A DNA stretch of 64,000 bases from NCBI GenBank assembly GCA_964599725.1, contig CAZRGT010000016.1:34351-98350 (forward strand), written 5' to 3'. This DNA is from an uncultured Gemmatimonadaceae bacterium (GTDB lineage Bacteria > Gemmatimonadota > Gemmatimonadetes > Gemmatimonadales > GWC2-71-9). The notes under the pieces are model-generated. The model worked only from the letters and a program-made list of their open reading frames with translations. It was not told the origin of the DNA and did no database searches. Shown piece by piece: positions 46,862-55,308 of this stretch (its first letter is position 1; the number at the start of each line of letters is the position of its first letter). A program made the position numbers and the translations under genes.

Positions 46862-48460
46862 TCAGACTTTCGCGATCAGGAGAGTCTGGTCGTCGCTGGA
46901 AGGGCCGCCGCCGGTGAACGCGGCGAGATCGGCGAAGATCGCCTCGAGCATTTCCTGGGACGACCGGCCGCGGAGCGTCCGGACGTGGTTCAACACACGC
47001 TCCTCGCTAAAGCGGAGGTTCTGATCGCCGGTGGCGTCGACGATACCGTCGGTAAACAGGCACAAGACATCCTCACGACGCCGCCAGGGCTCCGAGCCGT
47101 CGGCGGTCCCGGCGCCGGGGCGCGGTCCCAAGCCGAGCGGCGTGCGCGTGGCTTCGAGCCGCTGGATCTCGCCCGAGTCTCCGCGCACGATGAAGGCGTG
47201 GGGATGTCCGGCATTGGCATAGACGAGGACGCCCGCTCCCGGGTCGATGACGGCGTAGAACAGCGACAGGTACATCTCGGTCCGGGCCAACTCCTCGGCG
47301 AGCGATTCCTCAAGGTCGGAGAGGACCTGCCCCGGGGCGCCGGCCGCCTCGGCATGGATACCGGACGCGGCCATGGCCAGCGCCATGATCAGCGCCGCGC
47401 CGAACCCATGGCTCGAGACGTCGCCGATCATGACCCCGAGGCGATCGCCGTGCAGTCGCAGCAGATTGTAGAAGTCGCCCCCCACGGAATCCGCCGGTCG
47501 GCACCGAGCCGCGACGTCGGCTCTTGCGCCGAGCACCGCCGGTGAGGGAAGCAGTTTGAGCTGCAGGTCGTGCGCCAGCTCCAGCTCGCGGCGCACGCGT
47601 TGTTGCCCCAGGTCCCTCGCGACCAGGCGGGCGTTCTCGATCGCCGCCCCCACCTGATTGGCGATCGCCGCGACGAGCTTGCGGTCTCCGGCGGAAAAGG
47701 TGTCCGGACCGGTCCGATCGGTCAGGTTGATCACCCCAATGGGCCGCGCCTGGTCGCCGGGCGCTCCGTACAGCACGGGCACCGACAGGAACGAGCGGCC
47801 GCGATAATGGCGACCGGTGTCGCCGGGCGTCGCGAGTGGGGGCGTGACCGGGTCGTTGCTCTGAATCCGCTTCTCCCGGTATGCGCGCGCGGTGACCGAC
47901 GTGGGATCGTCGAGCTCGATGGGATCGACCTCGGTGATCACCATCCCTTTGGCGGCCACGAGGCGCAGCACCTGGCGGTCGGGGTCGAGCACGAACAGCG
48001 TGGCCCGCCGCGCGCCGACCACCGTGGCGACCTCCTGCAGGATGCGGCGCGCCGCCTCGTCGAGCCGGATGGTGTGGCCGAGGATCTCGCTGATCGTGTA
48101 GACCAAGTCGATCTCTTCGTAGCGATCCGACAGCTCGGCCGCCACCTGAGCCGCCTCGCGCTCGGCTTCGGCGAGGCAGCCGACGACCTCGGTCACGTTG
48201 CTGCGCATTCCGTTGGCCCGGTCGTCATAAGGGATTTCGAGCCAGAGATCGACCGCCCCGCGCACCGGCTCGAACCAAGTCGGGCCGGCCGGGGTGTCGA
48301 GACGGCGCCCGGTGCCGTCTCCTGGTTGCGGAAGCTCCGGAGTCCAGGTGACGGGCGTCCCGGCAACGGCGCGAATGCCGCCGCCGTCCGCGCGCCACAC
48401 GCGCAGCGGTACGCCGGCGAGCGCCTCGAGCGCCGGCACCAGGCGCTCAAGCTTGGTCAA
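46862..48460 (-). CDS. GAF + PP2C/SpoIIE phosphatase (RsbU-like)
   Basis: GAF region, VGGDFY, GDVSSHG, NAGH, FTDG, DDQT; TTG start assumed. Confidence 0.9.
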   Translation of the reverse strand: MTKLERLVPALEALAGVPLRVWRADGGGIRAVAGTPVTWTPELPQPGDGTGRRLDTPAGPTWFEPVRGAVDLWLEIPYDDRANGMRSNVTEVVGCLAEAEREAAQVAAELSDRYEEIDLVYTISEILGHTIRLDEAARRILQEVATVVGARRATLFVLDPDRQVLRLVAAKGMVITEVDPIELDDPTSVTARAYREKRIQSNDPVTPPLATPGDTGRHYRGRSFLSVPVLYGAPGDQARPIGVINLTDRTGPDTFSAGDRKLVAAIANQVGAAIENARLVARDLGQQRVRRELELAHDLQLKLLPSPAVLGARADVAARCRPADSVGGDFYNLLRLHGDRLGVMIGDVSSHGFGAALIMALAMAASGIHAEAAGAPGQVLSDLEESLAEELARTEMYLSLFYAVIDPGAGVLVYANAGHPHAFIVRGDSGEIQRLEATRTPLGLGPRPGAGTADGSEPWRRREDVLCLFTDGIVDATGDQNLRFSEERVLNHVRTLRGRSSQEMLEAIFADLAAFTGGGPSSDDQTLLIAKV

Positions 48461-48897
48461 CCCGCCCGCAGCTCGAGACACACTGAATTCCCTCGCTCGT
48501 TGAACTCGACCCGATCGACGAGATGCCGTAACACGAACAAGCCGCGTCCCTCCTCGCGGCCGAGATTCTGCGGCACGGTGGGATCGGGCACGCGGGACGG
48601 ATCGAATCCCGCCCCGTCGTCGGCCACTACAATGCGCACTCCCTCGTGGCGGCAGGTGATGTCGACCGTGACTCGCTTGCTGGCGTCATGCTGGTTGCCA
48701 TTGGCGATGGCGTTGGCCAGGACTTCCGCCACGGCGGTGCGCAGATTGAACTGCAGGCGCCGCGGCGACAAGATCCCCACGTCGCAATGACGCGCCACAA
48801 GCTCGACCGCATCGCCCACGAGCGCGAGATCGCTCGGCATGGTGAGGGAAAGCGCGCCCCCCGGCCGGTGCACGACAACCTGCAGCGGGTTCGTCAC
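48457..48897 (-). CDS. Anti-sigma factor kinase (RsbW-like)
   Basis: EVLANAI, DDGAGFD, GRGLF. Confidence 0.9.
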   Translation of the reverse strand: MTNPLQVVVHRPGGALSLTMPSDLALVGDAVELVARHCDVGILSPRRLQFNLRTAVAEVLANAIANGNQHDASKRVTVDITCRHEGVRIVVADDGAGFDPSRVPDPTVPQNLGREEGRGLFVLRHLVDRVEFNERGNSVCLELRAG

Positions 48898-48904
48898 GGA
48901 CGAT

Positions 48905-49240
48905 CTAGAAGGCGGCCAGCGCCTCCGCCGGTGTCTTGGCGATGGCGAACAACGTGTCCAATTTGGTCAGCTCGAACAGCGTCTGCAGATCCTCGTTGAG
49001 CCCCGCGAGGCGGAGCTCCCCGCCCTGCTCTCGCACCTTTTTGGAGAGCGAGACCAGCACGCCGAGGCCGGACGAATCGATGTAGCCGGTCTTGGTGAAG
49101 TCGATCACGAAGCGCCGCGTCCCGCCCTCGAGCGCATCGAGCACCTTCTGCTTGAGCTCCTGACGGTTGCCGACGATCAACTGGCCGTCGACCCCCACGA
49201 TCACCACTCCGCGCGGATCCTTGCTCAACGAGAACCCCAT
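48905..49240 (-). CDS. STAS anti-anti-sigma factor (RsbV-like)
   Basis: YIDSSGLGVLV, LFELTKL. Confidence 0.92.
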   Translation of the reverse strand: MGFSLSKDPRGVVIVGVDGQLIVGNRQELKQKVLDALEGGTRRFVIDFTKTGYIDSSGLGVLVSLSKKVREQGGELRLAGLNEDLQTLFELTKLDTLFAIAKTPAEALAAF

Positions 49241-49242
49241 CC

Positions 49243-50154
49243 TCACTCCTTCACTTGGAGGGCTGCGACCGCCGCTGTGTCCACAATATCGTCCACGGTA
49301 GCGCCGCGCGACAGATCGGCGATCGGGCAGGCGAGTCCCTGCAGCATCGGTCCGATGGCGTCCCATCCGCCCAGCCGCTGCACCAGTTTGTACGCGATGT
49401 TCCCGCTGTCAAGGTCGGGGAACACGAGCACGTTTGCGCGACCGGCCACCGCCGACCCCGGCGCCTTGCGCTCGGCGACTGCGGGCACCAGCGCCGCGTC
49501 TCCCTGCAACTCTCCATCGCACCGGACGGCCGGTGCCAGCCCGCGAAACAGCTCCGCCGCCCGACGCACGAGATCCACGAGCGGACCGGCGGCGCTGCCC
49601 CTGGTACTGTAGGACAGAAAGGCGACGACCGGCTCGTCACCGACAACGCACCGCCGGTCCAGGGAGGCGGCGAGCGCGCTGTGCGCCAGTTGTTCGGCGG
49701 TCGGCTGCGGCACAACGGCACAGTCGGTGAAGATCAGTGTCTGCTCCTCCCGCACCATGTAGAACGCGCCGCTCACGGTCGCGATCCCCCGGGCCATGCC
49801 CACCGCCCAGAGTGCCGCCCGGATCGTGTCGCCGGTCGGATGCGCCGCGCCCCCGACCATGACGTCCGCCTCGCCGAGACCGACGAGGCACGCGCCGAAG
49901 GTGAGGGGGTGGGCGAGCGCAGCGCGAGCCGCGGCCTCCGTGGCGAATCGATCCGGCTGGCGGCCGCACAACAGGGCGACACACCGCTCCACCCGGGGAT
50001 CTCGTTCCGGGCGATCGAGCAGTCGGGCCTCACCGGTGCCGAGCTCGTTGATCCGACGGGCGGCGGCCTGCACCCGCGGGTCGCCGCTCTCGGGCAGCAG
50101 GACCCGCCGCTTCGCGCGCCGCGCCCGTTCGTAGACGCGGGCCCGGAACGTCAT
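49243..50154 (-). CDS. pta: Phosphate acyltransferase (short Pta type)
   Basis: [40 protein letters not shown]. Confidence 0.9.
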   Translation of the reverse strand: MTFRARVYERARRAKRRVLLPESGDPRVQAAARRINELGTGEARLLDRPERDPRVERCVALLCGRQPDRFATEAAARAALAHPLTFGACLVGLGEADVMVGGAAHPTGDTIRAALWAVGMARGIATVSGAFYMVREEQTLIFTDCAVVPQPTAEQLAHSALAASLDRRCVVGDEPVVAFLSYSTRGSAAGPLVDLVRRAAELFRGLAPAVRCDGELQGDAALVPAVAERKAPGSAVAGRANVLVFPDLDSGNIAYKLVQRLGGWDAIGPMLQGLACPIADLSRGATVDDIVDTAAVAALQVKE

Positions 50155-50633
50155 CGGCCGAATTTCTTGCGGAGCGCCTGCTGCACCACCGGTTGGACCA
50201 GCGACGACACGTCCCCGCCGAACCGGGCGACCTCCCGGACCAGGCTGGAGCTGAGATAGGTAAGATCGAATGCCGGCACCAGAAAAACCGTCTCGAGCGT
50301 GGGATCGAGCGTCCGGTTCATGAGGGCCATCTGGAACTCGTACTCGAAATCGCTCACCGCCCGCAAACCGCGGACGATGACCGACGCGCCGACCGATCGC
50401 GCGAATTCGACCAGCAATCCATCGAACGCGCGTACCTCGACCTCGGGGAGACGAATCGTCTCCCGCAACAGCGCCACCCGCTCTTCGAGGGTGAACAGTG
50501 GCTGCTTCGCGATGTTCACCGCCACCGCCACGACGACCCGGTCCACGAATGCGAGCGAGCGACGGATCAAGTCTTCGTGGCCGCGGGTGACGGGATCGAA
50601 CGAGCCGGGGTAGACCCCGATCCGGGCGGTCAC
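50151..50633 (-). CDS. coaD: Phosphopantetheine adenylyltransferase
   Basis: [31 protein letters not shown]. Confidence 0.97.
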   Translation of the reverse strand: MTARIGVYPGSFDPVTRGHEDLIRRSLAFVDRVVVAVAVNIAKQPLFTLEERVALLRETIRLPEVEVRAFDGLLVEFARSVGASVIVRGLRAVSDFEYEFQMALMNRTLDPTLETVFLVPAFDLTYLSSSLVREVARFGGDVSSLVQPVVQQALRKKFGR

Positions 50634-51154
50634 GGCGCGTAGATGAAGGTGACGGCGGTGTCCCCGTACCGGCGGGTATCGTCCCCGGGGATCGGCGCAT
50701 CGGCGGCGTGCTCGATCGAGAACACTTGCGCGAACGGCACCAAACGGAACATCGCCACCAGCCGCGCGGTCGGGTGGTTCGCGTCGGCATACGGGGGATC
50801 CGCGAAGGCAACGTCGTACTGTCCCGCTTGGAGTTGCAGCGCGTATGTGAGCGCATCGACGCGGTGAATCTTCGCCCGGCCCTCGACCTTCAACGACTTG
50901 AGGTTCGCTTTGAGGGCGGCGAGCGCGTTGCGCTGCACTTCCACGAAGTCCACCCTGGCGGCGCCGCGGGACAGGGCCTCCAATCCGAGCGCGCCGGAGC
51001 CGGCGTAGAGATCGAGCACGCGCGCCCCGCGCAACGAGCGCTGCAGGATGCTGAACCACGCTTCGCGCACCCGGCTGGCAGTGGGGCGCACCTTGCCCCC
51101 AGCCGGCGTCTTGAGGCGCCGGTTCTTGAACTCCCCACCGATGATCGTAATCAC
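50630..51154 (-). CDS. rsmD: 16S rRNA m2G966 methyltransferase
   Basis: [31 protein letters not shown]. Confidence 0.95.
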   Translation of the reverse strand: MITIIGGEFKNRRLKTPAGGKVRPTASRVREAWFSILQRSLRGARVLDLYAGSGALGLEALSRGAARVDFVEVQRNALAALKANLKSLKVEGRAKIHRVDALTYALQLQAGQYDVAFADPPYADANHPTARLVAMFRLVPFAQVFSIEHAADAPIPGDDTRRYGDTAVTFIYAP

Positions 51155-52866
51155 GCTGCCTCCACCCCTCCGGTCGGAGCGATGGTCGCGACGCGAGCCT
51201 GCAGCGTCGACCGCCCCTGCCATTCGTCCCGCTCGAGCCGGAACGCCACGTCGAGCGGGTGCGCCAGCCAGTCGTCGGAGACCCGGTCCGCCACCTGGAA
51301 ACCGATCGCCGGAAGCGCGCCCGAGCCGTCGTCGAGCACGAAGCGCAGGTGATTGGTACCCACCCGGCGCGGCCCGACCGCGCGCGCCCCCCGGACCCCG
51401 AAGACCGGCGCCGGGTTCCCCATGCCGCACGGCTCGAGATGCCGCATCAGGCGTTCCAGATCGTCGCTCAAATCGGCGAGCGGCAATTCCAGGTCCACGC
51501 GCTGGGCCGGCACCAAGTCTTCGGGGGCGAGAAGCTCGCGCGCCACATCGAGAAACGCAACACGGAACTCCTCGAAGCGGCTCCGCCGCACCGTCAGGCC
51601 AGCGGCCATGGCATGGCCGCCGTATTTCTCGAGGCAGTGGCCCACCCGGTGCAGCGCCGCATGCAGATCGAACCCCGGCACGCTCCGCCCCGACCCGCGA
51701 CCCACGTCCCCCTCCCACGCGACGAGGAAGGTGGGACGGGCGTAGCGCTCCACCAGCCGGCTCGCCACGATGCCGATCACGCCGGGATGCCAGTCGTCGG
51801 CGGCGAGCACCACGGCGCGATCGTCGGGGCCAAGCGCCTGACCCAGTCGTGTTTCCGCATCGAGGAGCATGCGCTGATCCATTTCCTGCCGCCGCGTATT
51901 GAGCGTCTCGAGCTCCCGCGCCGTCCGCGCCGCCGCCTCGGGGTCGTCGGTGAGCAACAACCGCAACCCGTCCGCGGCGTCGCCGATCCGCCCGGCGGCA
52001 TTGAGTCGGGGGGCGAGAATGAAGCCGACGTGCCCCGCGCGCAGCGGTCGTCCCGAGAGTCCCGCCGTCTCGACCAGCGCCCGGAGGCCGGCCCAGCGGC
52101 TGTCGGCGAGCAGTTTCAAGCCGTGGCGCACGAGAATGCGGTTTTCGCCCGTGAGCGGGACCACGTCCGCCACCGTCGCCAGGGCGACGTAGTCGAGCAG
52201 ATGCCACGGCACGTGCTCCGACAAGCCCAGCGCGGGGGCCATGGCCTGCGCCAGCTTGAACGCCACCCCGGCGCCGCACAGGTTCTTGTCCGGCGACGGG
52301 CAATCGGGTCGCCGGGGATCGAGCACGGCGTTGGCCGGCGGCAGCGCGTCGCCCGGCAAGTGGTGATCGGTGACGATGACGTCGATGCCGGCCACGCGCG
52401 CGGCGCGCACGGGCTCGACCGCCGTGATGCCGCAATCACACGTGATGATGAGGCGGGCGCCGAGGGCTCGCGCCCGCTCCAGCCCCGCCGCACCGAAGTC
52501 GTAGCCATCGCGCACTCGATGCGGCACGAACGCGTGCGCGTTTGCGCCACCCGCCCGGAGCAGCCGGGTGAGCAACGCCGCGGCACACTGCCCGTCGACG
52601 TCGTAGTCGCCGTGGATCAGAATCGGGTCGCCGCGCCGGACGACGTCCGCCACCAGCGTCACCGCGTCGCGCATGCCCGCCCACCCGTTCGGACCCGTGA
52701 GATCGTCGAGCGTGGGGCGCAGAAACGCGCGCGCGTCTCCCGCCGAGTCGTAGCCGCGCTGGACGAGCAGCGCGGCGAGCGGGACCGGGATGGACAGCGC
52801 GGTGGTCAGCGCCGCCACCTGACCGGGGTCGGGAGGCCGGGAGAGGTACCACCGTGGCGTGATCAT
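51151..52866 (-). CDS. recJ: ssDNA exonuclease RecJ
   Basis: GDYDVDG, DHH, PRLNAAGR, GGHAMAAG. Confidence 0.97.
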   Translation of the reverse strand: MITPRWYLSRPPDPGQVAALTTALSIPVPLAALLVQRGYDSAGDARAFLRPTLDDLTGPNGWAGMRDAVTLVADVVRRGDPILIHGDYDVDGQCAAALLTRLLRAGGANAHAFVPHRVRDGYDFGAAGLERARALGARLIITCDCGITAVEPVRAARVAGIDVIVTDHHLPGDALPPANAVLDPRRPDCPSPDKNLCGAGVAFKLAQAMAPALGLSEHVPWHLLDYVALATVADVVPLTGENRILVRHGLKLLADSRWAGLRALVETAGLSGRPLRAGHVGFILAPRLNAAGRIGDAADGLRLLLTDDPEAAARTARELETLNTRRQEMDQRMLLDAETRLGQALGPDDRAVVLAADDWHPGVIGIVASRLVERYARPTFLVAWEGDVGRGSGRSVPGFDLHAALHRVGHCLEKYGGHAMAAGLTVRRSRFEEFRVAFLDVARELLAPEDLVPAQRVDLELPLADLSDDLERLMRHLEPCGMGNPAPVFGVRGARAVGPRRVGTNHLRFVLDDGSGALPAIGFQVADRVSDDWLAHPLDVAFRLERDEWQGRSTLQARVATIAPTGGVEAA

Positions 52867-53567
52867 CCGGAAGCGTACAATAGCACGCCGCAGGCCTCGC
52901 ACCCTTCGATCGACGCCCCTCGCTGGATCAGCACCCGGCGCTGCGTGGGCACCGCCGTGAAACAGTGCCCACAGGCGTCGGCGTGCAGCGAATAGAGCGC
53001 CAGCGGCGCCTTCCCGCGCCGAATCCGCTCGTAGCGGATCAGGAGCGCCCCGTTGACGCTGCCTGCGGCTTCGCCCCGCACCGCCTGGGCCCGCTCGATC
53101 TCGGCCATGATCGATTCCCGCCGCCCAACCAGCGCTTCACGATCGGGCGCCTGGGCTTCGCGCACGGCAGCCAGCGCCGTCTCGGCTTCGGCGACCTTCC
53201 GCTCCGCCTCTTGCACGGCATCGCCCGAGCGCATGAATTCCGCCTCCTCTTTAGCGAGCACCGATCGAGCGAGATCGAGCTCGGCCATGAGGGTCGACGC
53301 CTCCTTGGCCCCGCGCACCCATTCCAGTCGCTGGCGCCGCTGCTCTTGCATCGTCCGGTAGTTGGCGATCTTACCCTCCAGCTCGTCGCGGCGACGCAGC
53401 GCGTCCTCCACGGAACGCCGCGACGACTGCAACGCCCGCTCCGCCGCCGCGAACTGCTCGTTCAAGCGGCGGTCTTCGGGTTCCAGTGCGGCCAGCGCCC
53501 GCTCCGAGTCGGACACCAACCGATCTTTCTCTTGCAACGCCAGCAAGGCTTCAAGATTCGGGTGCAC
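52863..53567 (-). CDS. Coiled-coil C4 zinc-ribbon protein (DUF164-like)
   Basis: Long coiled coil, CGHC...CEAC. Confidence 0.88.
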   Translation of the reverse strand: MHPNLEALLALQEKDRLVSDSERALAALEPEDRRLNEQFAAAERALQSSRRSVEDALRRRDELEGKIANYRTMQEQRRQRLEWVRGAKEASTLMAELDLARSVLAKEEAEFMRSGDAVQEAERKVAEAETALAAVREAQAPDREALVGRRESIMAEIERAQAVRGEAAGSVNGALLIRYERIRRGKAPLALYSLHADACGHCFTAVPTQRRVLIQRGASIEGCEACGVLLYASG

Positions 53568-55308
53568 TACTCCTCCTCGCAACGATCCGGTATCGTGGGA
53601 ACAACCTGTTTCGTTCGGCGCTCACGCGCTGCACGTCGCGCACCAGCTTGTCCTGCGCTGCTCCGGTGACGAGCGGAATCTCGCGTTGGAGTCGCTCCAG
53701 CTCGCGATCGAGCCGCCGGGCTTCGATCCAGTTGATGGCCCGCTCGCACAACGCGTCCGGCTCCCCGTCCCCCGTCCCCGCCGCCCGCAGCGTTTCGTAC
53801 ACGCGCGCGGCAGCTCCCTCCAACCGCTCGGGCTGTCCCTCGGCCACCGCCTCAAACACCGCGCGATAGATCGGCTGTTCGATTTCTTCTGGATCCACCT
53901 TGTCCAGCACGCGCGCGCGCCATGCCTCGCCCTGCAGCATGACGAGGAGCAGCGCCCGCTCCGCACTGGTGGGAAGTGCGGAGAGGGTGGAGGAGGAAGC
54001 GGGAAGGGGCCTGCTGGTCGAGGCTTCCTCCCCCTTCCCTCCTCCCACTTCCCTCTCGAGGACATCTTTGCGGATGTGCGCGACTTCCGCGACGCGGGTG
54101 AGATACAACTCGCGCGTGATCGGGTCGCGCGCCGCGCGGATGGTCGGCAGCAACCGGTCCAGAGCCCGGCGTCGCCCAGGGAGGGATTCGAAGCACCGGC
54201 GACGTTCGAGGATCTGGATCTTGCGCTCGAGCACATCGACCGCGTCACGCAGCAACGCCTCCAGGCCCGCGGCGCCATCCCTCCGCACCAGGGTATCGGG
54301 GTCGTCGCCTTCGGGCAGCGTCACCACGGAGACCCGCGCCCCCGCCCGGAGCAACTCGTCACCGGCACGAAACGTGGCCCGCAGCCCGGGCTCGTCCGAG
54401 TCGTAGCACAACACGACCTGCGGCGCATGCCGCTGGAGCAGCTCGGCCTGATCGGCCGTGAGCCCGGTCCCCATGGGCGCCACGACCTCTTCGATGCCGG
54501 CCAGCGCCAGTCGAATGACGTCGAAATACCCTTCGACGAGGATGGCACGCTCGGCCTTGCGCATCGCATGTCGAGCCGCGTGCAGCTGGTAGAGCAGCTT
54601 GCCCTTGTGGAAGATCGGAGTCTCCGGAGAGTTCAAGTACTTCGGCTCCCCTTCCCCGAGGATGCGTCCCCCGAACGCGACCACCCGGCCGCGCAGGTCC
54701 TGAATCGGAAACAGCAGCCGGCCTCGGAACCGCGGCGCCAGCGACTGGTCCTCCCGCCGACGCAGCAGCCCGGCCTCGAGCAATACCTCTTCCTTCACGC
54801 CGAGCGCTTGCATCGCTGCGCCAAAGGCGCCGCCGCGCGGGGCATAGCCCAAACCCAGCTGGGTGGCCTCGTCGAGCGTGAGCGCGCGGGAATCGAGATA
54901 CGCCCGGGCGACTTCGGCCTCGGGATGGTCGTGCAGCTGACGCGTGTACCAATCCTGCGCGGCCGCAGCGGCCGCGAACAGCGGCTCGCGCGGGTCAGGC
55001 CCTGTGGGCGCGCGCTCGGGAATGGTGATACCGACCCGCCGCGCCACCTCCCGTACCGCCGTCGGGTAATCCATCCCCAAGCGCTTCATGAAGAAGGTGA
55101 ACACATCCCCAGACTCGTGGCACACGAAACAGTGAAACATGCCCTTCTTGGGGATCACGACGAAGTTGCGATGCGCGCCGCCGTGGAACGGACACGGCCC
55201 CCGGAAATCAGATCCCGTCCGCTTCAGCTCCACCGATTCGCCGATGATCCCGACGACGTCCGCCGCATCGCGCACCTGCTCGATCACATCGTCGGGAATG
55301 AGACTCAC
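53551..55308 (-). CDS. dnaG: DNA primase
   Basis: CPFH...CFVC, RLLFPI, KYLNSPET, EGYFD, DSDEPG, DPD. Confidence 0.97.
   Translation of the reverse strand: MSLIPDDVIEQVRDAADVVGIIGESVELKRTGSDFRGPCPFHGGAHRNFVVIPKKGMFHCFVCHESGDVFTFFMKRLGMDYPTAVREVARRVGITIPERAPTGPDPREPLFAAAAAAQDWYTRQLHDHPEAEVARAYLDSRALTLDEATQLGLGYAPRGGAFGAAMQALGVKEEVLLEAGLLRRREDQSLAPRFRGRLLFPIQDLRGRVVAFGGRILGEGEPKYLNSPETPIFHKGKLLYQLHAARHAMRKAERAILVEGYFDVIRLALAGIEEVVAPMGTGLTADQAELLQRHAPQVVLCYDSDEPGLRATFRAGDELLRAGARVSVVTLPEGDDPDTLVRRDGAAGLEALLRDAVDVLERKIQILERRRCFESLPGRRRALDRLLPTIRAARDPITRELYLTRVAEVAHIRKDVLEREVGGGKGEEASTSRPLPASSSTLSALPTSAERALLLVMLQGEAWRARVLDKVDPEEIEQPIYRAVFEAVAEGQPERLEGAAARVYETLRAAGTGDGEPDALCERAINWIEARRLDRELERLQREIPLVTGAAQDKLVRDVQRVSAERNRLFPRYRIVARRSSAPES
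53971..54056. repeat. Inverted purine/pyrimidine heptamer element in dnaG linker
   Basis: GGAAGTG CGGAGAG GGTGGAG GAGGAAG CGGGAAG ... CTTCCTC CCCCTTC CCTCCTC CCACTTC. Confidence 0.55.
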
